Of a DNA stretch of 54,953 nucleotides, positions 9,005-17,100 are shown one piece after another; the first letter of the stretch is position 1, and every line of letters starts with the position of its first letter. The stretch is from a virus (lineage: Duplodnaviria; Caudoviricetes), in the IMG/VR virus record IMGVR_UViG_3300037785_000110, positions 1 through 54,953 of that record. One strand, 5' to 3'. Made by a program: the position numbers and the translations under genes. The notes under the pieces were generated by a model that saw nothing but the letters and a program-made list of their open reading frames with translations, ran no database searches and was not told the origin of the DNA.

Positions 9005-9177
9005 TCGCCCTCGTAGATTTCCGCCCACACGCCGGGGGCAAACGAGCGGAAGAGAACCAGCTTGCCGTGCGCGTCGCGCCGGTAGAGAACGAGGGCTCCA
9101 CAGTGGGGTATGTCAAAGCTCTCTGCCCCGACAGCCATGGTATCCCCTTCCGAACTGGTCACGATGAACGTGCGCAT
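9001..9177 (-). CDS. Hypothetical 58-aa protein (not in the ORF track)
   Basis: MRTFIVTSSEGDTMAVGAESFDIPHCGALVLYRRDAHGKLVLFRSFAPGVWAEIYEGE. Fills the gap with stop/start overlaps at both ends. Confidence 0.7.
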   Translation of the reverse strand: MRTFIVTSSEGDTMAVGAESFDIPHCGALVLYRRDAHGKLVLFRSFAPGVWAEIYEGE

Positions 9178-9437
9178 CAGCCCGCCTCGGCCGGGGTGAC
9201 CCGCGCGTGGTAGCCGAACTGATGCAGGGCCAGGTTGATGTGGGAGATGGCCGTCAGCCGCTGATCGGAAGCCGCGTGCTGCAAGCCCAGCTGATCGAAC
9301 ATGAAAGACAGCAGCAGCGCATCATGCGACAAGCCCAGATGGTGGCGCGCCTCAAGGGTCGGGTCCGTTCGGCCCCGCTCCGCCGCAACGCGCTTCGCGG
9401 TCATGTGGGTGGCGTCTTTCATCTGCATCTCCTGCAA
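9177..9437 (-). CDS. First gene of the PL operon, hypothetical
   Basis: Immediately downstream of the predicted PL. The true start may be one of the internal ATGs after GGAG. Confidence 0.65.
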   Translation of the reverse strand: MQEMQMKDATHMTAKRVAAERGRTDPTLEARHHLGLSHDALLLSFMFDQLGLQHAASDQRLTAISHINLALHQFGYHARVTPAEAG

Positions 9438-9465
9438 CTGCCCAAAATTGGGCTGTCAGGAGGGC

Positions 9466-9494
9466 AGACTACATTGGGCTAAAGCCCTATGCAA
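9466..9494 (-). promoter_or_regulatory. PL-like sigma70 promoter
   Basis: Minus strand TTGCAT-17 nt-TAGTCT, with an operator in the spacer. Confidence 0.75.
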
Positions 9495-9515
9495 GCCTAA
9501 AGTGGGCAAAAGCCC
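9476..9515. promoter_or_regulatory. OL operators (two GGGC-WAAA-GCCC sites)
   Basis: GGGCTAAAGCCC at 9476-9487 and GGGCAAAAGCCC at 9504-9515. The identical pair recurs at OR. Confidence 0.85.
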
Positions 9516-9557
9516 GAAGGGCGCACATCGTCTTCAAGACGAATCAAGCTACGGGGT

Positions 9558-9857
9558 TCAGAAGCCGTAGGAAAACGACCGCATGAGACCTGGGATCGAA
9601 ACCAGAAGGCTGAGCACGATGCACGTCCACCATCTCGGGATCAGGGGCGCACGTGTGAGGGGGTAGGCCAGAAGGGTCAGCGCAGATGCAAGCAGCCAGA
9701 CAAATAGACCTCCGCCGGTAAGTTCAGCCAGTGCGCCAGGCCAATCTTGCCCGTCTCGCGTCAGGTTGGCCACCGTGCCTGTGGCAACACGCGCCCCGAA
9801 CACTGCCATCGCACCTACCAGCCATCCGGCCACCAGGTGCAGTACCGTGCGCATCAC
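9558..9857 (-). CDS. Multi-pass membrane protein downstream of the repressor (possible superinfection exclusion)
   Basis: About three hydrophobic segments, GTGA-coupled to the cI stop. Confidence 0.65.
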   Translation of the reverse strand: MMRTVLHLVAGWLVGAMAVFGARVATGTVANLTRDGQDWPGALAELTGGGLFVWLLASALTLLAYPLTRAPLIPRWWTCIVLSLLVSIPGLMRSFSYGF

Positions 9858-10480
9858 ATCTTCCCTCCGGCCCAGAGAACCTTGCCGACCACCTCGATGT
9901 CCCCGGCCGCATACTCGCGTGGCGGGTAGACGTCGCGGTTGTCCGAGATGACCATGATGAAGCCCGGCCGCGAGTGGCTCAGGCGCTTGACGTGCAGGAC
10001 GTCGAAGATCCGGATGACAAACAGGCCCTCATAGCCGTGGTTCCTCTTGGAGAGGTCCACCATCACGATGTCGTCTTCGCTGAGGGTCGGCACCATGCTG
10101 TCGCCCTTCACGGCGATGATCGCCAGGTGCCTGGGGTCGGTGCTGGTGATCGACCGCAGATAGTCGGGAGGGAAGGCCAGTGTGTGGGTCACGGTCTCGC
10201 CATCGACGACCGCGCCCGGTCCGGCGCTGGCCTCGATGTCGTAGACCGGCACAAGGCGGGCGTCGGATGGCGTCGCTTCAACTGCGATTGCGCGCGCCGG
10301 AAGAAGCCCTAAAGCGACCCTAATGCGCTCCGCGTTCTCGGTTGATGTTGTCGATCCATCCCGGCGGGAAAGATCGCGGACCACATCGTAGGTCACGTTT
10401 GCCCTGCGCGACAGCTCGGCCATCGAGAGCCCCTGTCGCTTCATCTCGGCCAGCATTTCGTCACGGAAGTTCATGGTCAT
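9854..10480 (-). CDS. cI: CI-like repressor (XRE HTH + S24 peptidase)
   Basis: GLSMAELSRRANV HTH, ASAGPG cleavage site, VKGDSMVP (Ser) and VKRL (Lys). Start at 10480 or 10474. Confidence 0.93.
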   Translation of the reverse strand: MTMNFRDEMLAEMKRQGLSMAELSRRANVTYDVVRDLSRRDGSTTSTENAERIRVALGLLPARAIAVEATPSDARLVPVYDIEASAGPGAVVDGETVTHTLAFPPDYLRSITSTDPRHLAIIAVKGDSMVPTLSEDDIVMVDLSKRNHGYEGLFVIRIFDVLHVKRLSHSRPGFIMVISDNRDVYPPREYAAGDIEVVGKVLWAGGKM

Positions 10481-10512
10481 CTCGTGCCGCGAGACCCGCT
10501 GCCCAAGCAACT

Positions 10513-10548
10513 GGGCTAAAGCCCTTGACCGCAAAAGGGCAAAAGCCC
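10513..10548. promoter_or_regulatory. OR operators
   Basis: GGGCTAAAGCCC at 10513-10524 and GGGCAAAAGCCC at 10537-10548, between the divergent cI and cro genes. Confidence 0.85.
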
Positions 10549-10553
10549 AATAT
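10525..10553 (+). promoter_or_regulatory. PR-like sigma70 promoter
   Basis: TTGACC-17 nt-CAATAT, flanked and overlapped by operators. Confidence 0.7.
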
Positions 10554-10578
10554 GCGCGCCATCACCATAGGCACGCAC

Positions 10579-10773
10579 ATGACCGAAACCTCCAAACTGA
10601 TCGAGCGCATCGAAAAGCACTGTGCTGAGCGTGGCATCACTGCTTCGACGTTCGGCTTTCATGTCGTCAACGACGGCAAGCTCATTGAGCGGCTGAAGAA
10701 CGGCAAGACGATCACCCTGAAGACACTGGCGAAGATTGAGGCCGCTCTCTCTTCGTCCGGTGAGGCAGCATGA
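10579..10773 (+). CDS. Cro-like HTH regulator
   Basis: 64 aa, divergent from cI. GITASTFG..VVNDGKLIERLKNGK resembles alphaproteobacterial phage Cro-like proteins. Confidence 0.8.
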   Translation: MTETSKLIERIEKHCAERGITASTFGFHVVNDGKLIERLKNGKTITLKTLAKIEAALSSSGEAA

Positions 10774-11132
10774 TGTCGGCGGGGCGTCTCGCATATCTCG
10801 GCGTCGCACGGCTGCTCCGTCGTTCTGAGGGGCACTTTGCCCTGTCCAGGCTGGCAAGGTCCTTCCAGAAATCGCAGCGGCATGCGCTCAGCGAGCAGGA
10901 AGCGCAGTCGCGCCTTGTCGCGGCGGCTCTGCGCAAGGCGTTCCCGAACGCTCGGTCCGAGGCCGATCTGGCCAAGCGGGCCGCGCCCCACTTCCGCAAC
11001 ACCGCCGGCGGCCATGCCTCCGAGCGGACCGTGCGCTACTGGCTGCGCGGCGAGACGTTGCCCGACTACATGAACACCCGGCGCCTGATGGAGATGGTCG
11101 GCCCCGCCTTCTTCTTCGGGGGCGACACATGA
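10770..11132 (+). CDS. CII-position HTH protein
   Basis: SERTVRYWLRGETLP recognition-helix-like segment, located after cro. Confidence 0.65.
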   Translation: MMSAGRLAYLGVARLLRRSEGHFALSRLARSFQKSQRHALSEQEAQSRLVAAALRKAFPNARSEADLAKRAAPHFRNTAGGHASERTVRYWLRGETLPDYMNTRRLMEMVGPAFFFGGDT

Positions 11133-11341
11133 TGTGGCCGGGCGCGGGAAACCCACTGGTCGAGAAGGCGCGGCGCGGCGAGCGCGTCACGCTGCTCGAC
11201 AAGATCAACGCCGAGCAGGACCCCGACGAGCTGGACCTGATGGTCAAGGCCGTGATGGCCCGCGGGCAGCAACTGTCCACGGACGAGTATCGCGCCTGGC
11301 TCAACCGGAGTTCCGCCCTTCGCGGGGGGCGCGCGAAGTGA
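11129..11341 (+). CDS. Hypothetical protein
   Basis: ATGA coupling, high GC3. Confidence 0.7.
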   Translation: MMWPGAGNPLVEKARRGERVTLLDKINAEQDPDELDLMVKAVMARGQQLSTDEYRAWLNRSSALRGGRAK

Positions 11342-11438
11342 GCAGCGCGAGACCAACCTCGGCCCCACCGAGCGCCATTGCGGCTCCTGCGCGGCCTGCT
11401 GGTCGACCGATCGCCCCATCGCATTCATCCGCCACTGA
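11338..11438 (+). pseudogene. Deletion remnant: C-terminal Cys-rich fragment (CGSCAACW...PIAF..H)
   Basis: Startless frame EQRETNLGPTERHCGSCAACWSTDRPIAFIRH* ends just before the next RBS. An out-of-frame GTG sits at 11338. Confidence 0.5.
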
Positions 11439-11448
11439 AAGGATCGCC

Positions 11449-11760
11449 ATGTCCCGAAAACTCGCACTGCTGGCAGGCGTCCTGCCGTTCCTCGGCGGGT
11501 TCTTCCCGACCGCAAAAAGCCCCGCCGTGCCGCGGCGCGACCGGGCTTTCTCCGTTGTGGCCGGGGAGGGCACGCGCCGGGCGAAGGAGCGCCTGCGGGC
11601 ACGTCAGCGCGCAAACGAGGGCACCCCAAACACCAGCAAGATGACCCGGCAGCGCCTGCGCGCCGAGGAGCGCCGCTGGCTCAAGGAGACGCGCATCACC
11701 CCGGCGGAGTTTGCCCGCCGGAAAATTGCCATCATCAACAAGGGATACCGCCATGCGTAA
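11449..11760 (+). CDS. Hypothetical basic protein
   Basis: AAAGGA RBS, hydrophobic N-terminus. Confidence 0.65.
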   Translation: MSRKLALLAGVLPFLGGFFPTAKSPAVPRRDRAFSVVAGEGTRRAKERLRARQRANEGTPNTSKMTRQRLRAEERRWLKETRITPAEFARRKIAIINKGYRHA

Positions 11761-12163
11761 CCAAACCATGCGCAGCCAAGAGGAACAGGTGCAGCAGCAC
11801 CGCAAGAAGCTGGGCTATGACCCCCAGTACCCGGGCCGGGGTTCCTCGGTGGCCCAGGAGTTCGGCCCCGACAAGGCAGAGGAGGCCGCAGTCATCAACC
11901 GTCGCGCGGAGCGGCTCACGGACGGCACTTTTGTCACGCATGAGGTGATCGGGCGGCTGGCGATGGTCCAGTCCTCGATCGAGGGCGCGGACTCCCGCGT
12001 CAGTGACGTCGTGGCTCGGCTTTTCGGTGAGTACTACCCGAAGCAAGCCGATTTCTCGGATGCCGCCGAAGGCTCGGTTGCTCGCATCTTCGAGATCATC
12101 GACCGGATCGACACGCGCATCAACGAGCTGCACGCCTCAATCGAACGGATCGAGGTGCTGTGA
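11753..12163 (+). CDS. Hypothetical coiled-coil protein
   Basis: AAGGGA RBS. Confidence 0.7.
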   Translation: MRNQTMRSQEEQVQQHRKKLGYDPQYPGRGSSVAQEFGPDKAEEAAVINRRAERLTDGTFVTHEVIGRLAMVQSSIEGADSRVSDVVARLFGEYYPKQADFSDAAEGSVARIFEIIDRIDTRINELHASIERIEVL

Positions 12164-12540
12164 TGTCCGACACCGCCACTGTTCAGTTGATCGGTCCCGA
12201 CGGCGAGGCCTCCAAGCCGATCAGCCTCGACCAATTCCAGGCCGCAACGCGCCGCGCGCGCGCGCCGATGAAGGAGAACGAGGCCGACAAGGCCGTGACC
12301 ATGGACGTCACCCTCGCCGCGCGCGAGGAACTGCGGTCCTTCGTCGAGCGGTACGAACAGCTTGACCGCGAGAAGGCCGACATCGCCGAGCAGATGAAGG
12401 AGGTCATGGCCGAGGCGAAGTCGCGCGGCTACGACACCAAGGTGCTGCGCAAGATCATCGCGCTGCGCAAGCGCGATCCGCAGGACCTGTCCGAGGAAGA
12501 GGCGATCCTCGCCCTCTACAAAGAAGCGCTGGGCATGTGA
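12160..12540 (+). CDS. gapR: GapR-like nucleoid-associated protein (DUF2312/UPF0335) with N-terminal extension
   Basis: ELRSFVERYEQLDREKADIAEQMKEVMAEAKSRGYDTKVLRKIIALRKRD...EEEAILALYKEALGM. Confidence 0.9.
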   Translation: MMSDTATVQLIGPDGEASKPISLDQFQAATRRARAPMKENEADKAVTMDVTLAAREELRSFVERYEQLDREKADIAEQMKEVMAEAKSRGYDTKVLRKIIALRKRDPQDLSEEEAILALYKEALGM

Positions 12541-12543
12541 GCC

Positions 12544-12867
12544 ATGCCATATCGCGCCGACGGAACCGGGTATCGCCACACCGACACCAGCCATGCCGCC
12601 GCTGTGGACATGGCTGGCAAGGTCATCACGCTTCGCGCCCAGGTGCTCGAGGTCCTTCGACGGCACCCGGATGGCCTGGACTCCGAGCAGATCGCCCAGC
12701 TGCTCGGGCGTGAATACGGCTCCATCCAGCCCAGAACTGCCGAACTTCGCAACGACGGCCTGATCGTCGACAGCGGGCGCCGCCACGAGAGCCGCTTCGG
12801 AAAGCGGATCATCGTCTGGCGTCACCGCGACCACCAGAAACCCCACCAGATGGAGATGCCGCTGTGA
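12544..12867 (+). CDS. Winged-helix DNA-binding protein
   Basis: GLDSEQIAQLLG...SIQPRTAELRNDGLIVDSGRR...IVW. Confidence 0.75.
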   Translation: MPYRADGTGYRHTDTSHAAAVDMAGKVITLRAQVLEVLRRHPDGLDSEQIAQLLGREYGSIQPRTAELRNDGLIVDSGRRHESRFGKRIIVWRHRDHQKPHQMEMPL

Positions 12868-13187
12868 CGAATGGCAATCAGGCATCGCGCCCGAGCATGC
12901 CGCGGACCTGCCGCGCCCCGGGCTGCAAGACGAAGATCTCGGCCCGCAGCGCGAGCGGCATGTGCCGCCAGCACAATCACACGCAGGGCCTGTGCCTCTG
13001 CCTGCAGTGCCAGGCCCGGGGCCGGGCAGGGAAGCCCAGTGCCGTCCTGCCGCCTGAGATCAAGCCAGAGCCACCCGCAAGCCCGGCAACGACACGGCAG
13101 TGGATGCCCCGCGCGACCGAGCATTTCAGCGCCCCCGCGGTCAAGCCGGTCACCCTGCCGATCGAGCCGTGGAATGTCGCGCGATGA
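12864..13187 (+). CDS. Cys/His-rich hypothetical protein
   Basis: CRAPGC...GMCRQH..H...CLCLQC. Confidence 0.6.
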   Translation: MTNGNQASRPSMPRTCRAPGCKTKISARSASGMCRQHNHTQGLCLCLQCQARGRAGKPSAVLPPEIKPEPPASPATTRQWMPRATEHFSAPAVKPVTLPIEPWNVAR

Positions 13188-13237
13188 TCTACGGCAGCGT
13201 CTGCAGCGGGATCGAACTGGTGGAGGCGCTGGGATGA
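13184..13237 (+). pseudogene. Internal-deletion remnant of a C5 DNA cytosine methyltransferase
   Basis: 17-aa ORF MIYGSVCSGIELVEALG, ATGA-coupled at both ends. YGSVCSGIE is the motif I start of phage Dcm-type enzymes. Confidence 0.7.
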
Positions 13238-13692
13238 CCGACCGCATTCGGGCCGCCGATCTCAAAGCCGCCCTGCGCGACTCTGATGGCAAGCAGAAGC
13301 GCCAGGACCGGGAAGGGCCCATCCACTTGGCCATTCTGGATCTGGTCCGGTTGATGCTGCCCGGCGCGGTGATCAACCACAGCCCAAACGAGACCGACAT
13401 GAGCGGCCCGCAGGCCGCCCGCATGGTGGCCAAGGCCAAGAAGCTGGGCATGCGTCCGGGCTACCCCGACATTGCCATCCTCTGGCGCGGCCAGTTCTGG
13501 ACCTTCGAGGTCAAGGCACCAGGCGAACACCCGACCAGCGCGCAGATCGAGTGCGGCAGGGACATCGTCGAGAATGGCGGCCGGTGGGCCGTCGTGCGCT
13601 CGGTCGACGAGGCGCTCCGCTTCCTCACCATGTGGATCGAAGGGATGCCGGAACCAGTGCAGGTGCTGCAGGTGCGGGGGGTGGTGCGGTGA
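13234..13692 (+). CDS. VRR-NUC domain nuclease (putative Holliday junction resolvase)
   Basis: HSPNE...KKLGMRPGYPDI...FEVKAP...Q...GG...VVRSVDE. Confidence 0.85.
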   Translation: MTDRIRAADLKAALRDSDGKQKRQDREGPIHLAILDLVRLMLPGAVINHSPNETDMSGPQAARMVAKAKKLGMRPGYPDIAILWRGQFWTFEVKAPGEHPTSAQIECGRDIVENGGRWAVVRSVDEALRFLTMWIEGMPEPVQVLQVRGVVR

Positions 13693-15068
13693 AGATACCA
13701 GTGCAGATTATGGTTGGTGATTGCCGCGATGCACTCCAAGGCCTGCATGATGCCAGCGTCGACAGCATCGTGACCGACCCTCCGTATGGCTTGCAGTTCA
13801 TGGGGAAGGACTGGGACCATGGCGTGCCGGGCGCCGACGTGTGGGCGGAATGTCTGCGCGTGCTCAAGCCCGGCGGATGGCTCTTGGCCTTCGCTGGTAC
13901 GCGCACGCAGCACCGCATGGCCACTGCCATCGAGGACGCGGGCTTCGAGATCCGCGACATGATCGGCTGGGCCTACGGCTCCGGCTTCCCGAAGTCGCTG
14001 GACGTGGCCAAAGCCATCGACTCGGCCGCAGGCATGCAGGGCGAGGTTGTCCCGAGCGGCGATCCGGTCAAACGCATGATCCCCGTCGCCGACCAGAATG
14101 CGACGGGCTCATGGATCAAGGAAAATGGCCGCACCTACCAGCCCGGCGAGTATGTGCCCGGCACGGCCGAAGCCTCGGCATGGCAGGGCTGGGGCACCGC
14201 GCTGAAACCAGCATGGGAGCCAATCACGGTGGCGCGCAAGCCGCTGGTCGGAACGGTAGCGAAAAACGTGCTCACATACAGCACCGGGGCGCTGAACATC
14301 GACGGGTGCCGGGTTGCTATCGATGAAAACCTGAACGGTGGAGCTTATGCAAAAGACGGCGGAAGGGGCGTTTCCCAATCGCTGCGCCAAGGTTCTGGAA
14401 TGAACCAGCCGGGGAAAACGGTTGGTTCTGAGTTCATTCAGCCACAAGGCCGCTGGCCCGCGAACCTGATCCACGACGGCAGCGACGAGGTGCTGGCCTG
14501 CTTTCCTGATACTAACGGCAGCGGCCCGCCTCGGGTTCTCAACCGTAGCGCCGGGAATCGGCGAGGCGATTGGGGCATGAATGCCCAAAAGGACGACGCT
14601 GCGCCGTTACGCGACGCTGGCCGTGGCTCCGCAGCCCGTTTCTTCTACTGCGCCAAGGCGTCCAAGGCTGACCGGGACGACGGACTCGACGACGTGGAGC
14701 CGCAGGCGTTCGTGCAATGGCAGACCGGCAACGGAGCCAGCGGCAAACCGTCCAGTCTGTCTGAGGGGCGCGAGACCGCGCACCGCAACACGCACCCCAC
14801 GGTGAAGCCGACGGAACTGATGCGTTACCTCGTCCGACTGGTCACGCCGCCCGGTGGTGTCGTGCTTGACCCGTTCATGGGTTCTGGCTCGACCGGCCGA
14901 GGTGCCATGTTGGAGGGGTTTTGCTTCATCGGCATCGACATGAGTTCTGACTACGCCGCAATCGCGCGGAAGCGCATTGCATCCGCAGGACGTGCCGCCA
15001 CCGCTGAGCGAGACCGGAAAACGGAGAATGCCAGACAGCCCGACCTGTTCGCGGGGGCAGCGGAATGA
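13689..15068 (+). CDS. DNA amino-methyltransferase (N6A/N4C, beta class)
   Basis: VTDPPY (motif IV) near the N-terminus, HPTVKP, and VLDPFMGSGSTG (motif I) near the C-terminus. Confidence 0.93.
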   Translation: MKIPVQIMVGDCRDALQGLHDASVDSIVTDPPYGLQFMGKDWDHGVPGADVWAECLRVLKPGGWLLAFAGTRTQHRMATAIEDAGFEIRDMIGWAYGSGFPKSLDVAKAIDSAAGMQGEVVPSGDPVKRMIPVADQNATGSWIKENGRTYQPGEYVPGTAEASAWQGWGTALKPAWEPITVARKPLVGTVAKNVLTYSTGALNIDGCRVAIDENLNGGAYAKDGGRGVSQSLRQGSGMNQPGKTVGSEFIQPQGRWPANLIHDGSDEVLACFPDTNGSGPPRVLNRSAGNRRGDWGMNAQKDDAAPLRDAGRGSAARFFYCAKASKADRDDGLDDVEPQAFVQWQTGNGASGKPSSLSEGRETAHRNTHPTVKPTELMRYLVRLVTPPGGVVLDPFMGSGSTGRGAMLEGFCFIGIDMSSDYAAIARKRIASAGRAATAERDRKTENARQPDLFAGAAE

Positions 15069-15433
15069 CCCACGCCCTGATCACCATGCGCTGGCTCACG
15101 GCCACCCTCGCAGGCTACAGGATCGACCTGTCTACAGAGGCGGCCGCACACCGCGACATTGCCTTTGCCCTGCTCCGGTCCGGGACGGACTTCCAGCACG
15201 AGCACGTCCTGTCGCCGCGCGACCGGGTCGACTTCTTCGTCGACGGCATCGCCATCGAGGTGAAGACCCAGGGTGCGCGCCGCAATGTCCTGCGACAGCT
15301 CGAACGCTATGCCGAGCACGACCAGGTGACGGGCCTGATCCTGGTGACGGCCAAGGGCTGGGTGCAGGGCGGCTTCACCGCCATCGGCGGCAAGCCGTTC
15401 GCTGTGGTCAGCCTGGCGGGGGCATGGCTATGA
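15065..15433 (+). CDS. Small PD-(D/E)XK-like nuclease
   Basis: EHVLSPRDRVDFFVDGIAIEVK...RQLERYA. Confidence 0.7.
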   Translation: MTHALITMRWLTATLAGYRIDLSTEAAAHRDIAFALLRSGTDFQHEHVLSPRDRVDFFVDGIAIEVKTQGARRNVLRQLERYAEHDQVTGLILVTAKGWVQGGFTAIGGKPFAVVSLAGAWL

Positions 15434-17100
15434 CCGTCGACTGGACCCTCGACCATGACGGCACGACGTGGGCGATCCGCGAGATGAAGCCGCACGTCCG
15501 GCTTCGGTTCAAGCAGCTTTTCAAGGTGATCGGGGCCGCCGCCGCACCGCCGTATTTCATGTTCGACAACATCGAGACGGCGCTCGACCTTCACTGGTTC
15601 TCGCAACGCTTCAAGGTGTCGATGACGCCCGAGGCCGCGGACCGGCTGGCACATCGCCTCAGCCAGCACGACAGCAGGTCGACACAACTCGACCAACTGC
15701 TGGCGCCCGACTATGTGCCGCGCGATCCCGGCGGCATCCGCGCTCCGGAGAAGGTCTTTCCCTACCAGGCCCGGGCGGCCGATCTGTACCGGACCCGCAC
15801 GCGCCTGCTGCTGATGGATCACGTCGGCCTTGGCAAGACGGTCTCCGCATTGGCCGCCCACGCCGACGGCTGGGGTCTGCCGGCCGCTGTCGTGGTGCAG
15901 CCGCACCTGTCACAGCAGTGGGTGGCCCAGTACATCAACCGGTTCACCAAGCTGCGGGCGTTCGAGGTCAAGGACCGCAACGTCCGGACGCTTCCCGCGG
16001 CTGACATCTACGTCTTCCGCTACTCCAACATTGCCGCCTGGGCGGACTATGCCGAGCGCCTGGGCATCAAGAGCCTGATCCTCGACGAGTGCCAGGAACT
16101 GCGGCACGGCAGGGCAACCGACAAGGGGCAGGGGGTAGAGCGCTTCCTTGACGTCGCCGACAATGTGATCGGTCTGACCGCCACCCCGATCTACAACTAC
16201 GGCAGCGAGATATTCAACGTCGTCAACATGATCGAGCCAGGCGTACTTGGCGGCTGGCAGGACTTCATCAACAACTGGTGCCGGTCCGACGGCACGCACT
16301 GGCTGGTCGAGGACCCGCGTGCCCTCGGCTCCTACCTGCGCGAGATCGGCCTGGTCCTGCGCCGCACGTCCGAGTCCGCAGAGGTCGCCCAGACACTGCC
16401 GCCGCTGCGCAAGATGGTCGTGGAGGTCGGCTGGAACGAGGGAGACGCGGAATCCGACCGCGACCTGCAGCGCCGGCTGGCGGAGCGCGTCATCTCCGGG
16501 TCCTTCCATCATCGCGGCATGGCCGCGCGCGAGCTGGACATGCTGCTGCGGCGCGAGACCGGCGTGGCCAAGGCGCGCGCCGTTGCCGCCTACGTCCGGA
16601 ACCTGTGCGAGAGCGGCGAGCGGGTCCTCCTCGCCGGCTGGCACCGCGACGTCTATGCCATCTGGAACAAGGTTCTGGCGGACCTGAACCCTGTCATGTT
16701 CACCGGGTCCGAGAGCCAGGCACAGAAGGCGCGGTCCAAGGCGGCGTTCTGTGGCGGAGACGCCCGGGTGATGATGATGTCCCTGCGCTCCGGGGCCGGT
16801 CTGGACGGGCTGCAGCATCATGCCTCGCATGTGGTCTACGGCGAGCTGGACTGGTCACCGCAGGTGCATGTGCAGTTCACCGGGCGTCTTCACCGGACAG
16901 GGCAGCAGAACCCGGTCACCGCGCACTTCCTGCATGTCGATGGCGGGTCTGACCCCACCATCCTCGGGGTCCTCGGACTCAAGGCCGCGCAGTCCCAGGG
17001 GATCTCCGATCCGTTCGACGACATCACCGAAGCAACCCAGCTCGACACCGGGCGCATGACGGCGCTGGCGCGGGCTGTGCTTGAGAGAATGAGGCAGTAG
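15430..17100 (+). CDS. SNF2-family helicase/ATPase
   Basis: PYQ, DHVGLGKT, ILDECQ, LTATP, GAGLDGLQ, QFTGRLHRTGQ. Confidence 0.88.
   Translation: MTVDWTLDHDGTTWAIREMKPHVRLRFKQLFKVIGAAAAPPYFMFDNIETALDLHWFSQRFKVSMTPEAADRLAHRLSQHDSRSTQLDQLLAPDYVPRDPGGIRAPEKVFPYQARAADLYRTRTRLLLMDHVGLGKTVSALAAHADGWGLPAAVVVQPHLSQQWVAQYINRFTKLRAFEVKDRNVRTLPAADIYVFRYSNIAAWADYAERLGIKSLILDECQELRHGRATDKGQGVERFLDVADNVIGLTATPIYNYGSEIFNVVNMIEPGVLGGWQDFINNWCRSDGTHWLVEDPRALGSYLREIGLVLRRTSESAEVAQTLPPLRKMVVEVGWNEGDAESDRDLQRRLAERVISGSFHHRGMAARELDMLLRRETGVAKARAVAAYVRNLCESGERVLLAGWHRDVYAIWNKVLADLNPVMFTGSESQAQKARSKAAFCGGDARVMMMSLRSGAGLDGLQHHASHVVYGELDWSPQVHVQFTGRLHRTGQQNPVTAHFLHVDGGSDPTILGVLGLKAAQSQGISDPFDDITEATQLDTGRMTALARAVLERMRQ

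Noticed and set aside
13551-15429. Extended N-termini given by the ORF track (e.g. 13551, 14977; also 2900-3973, 29440, 38083)
   Set aside because: The extensions overlap upstream genes out of frame. Downstream starts with SD or stop-start coupling fit better.
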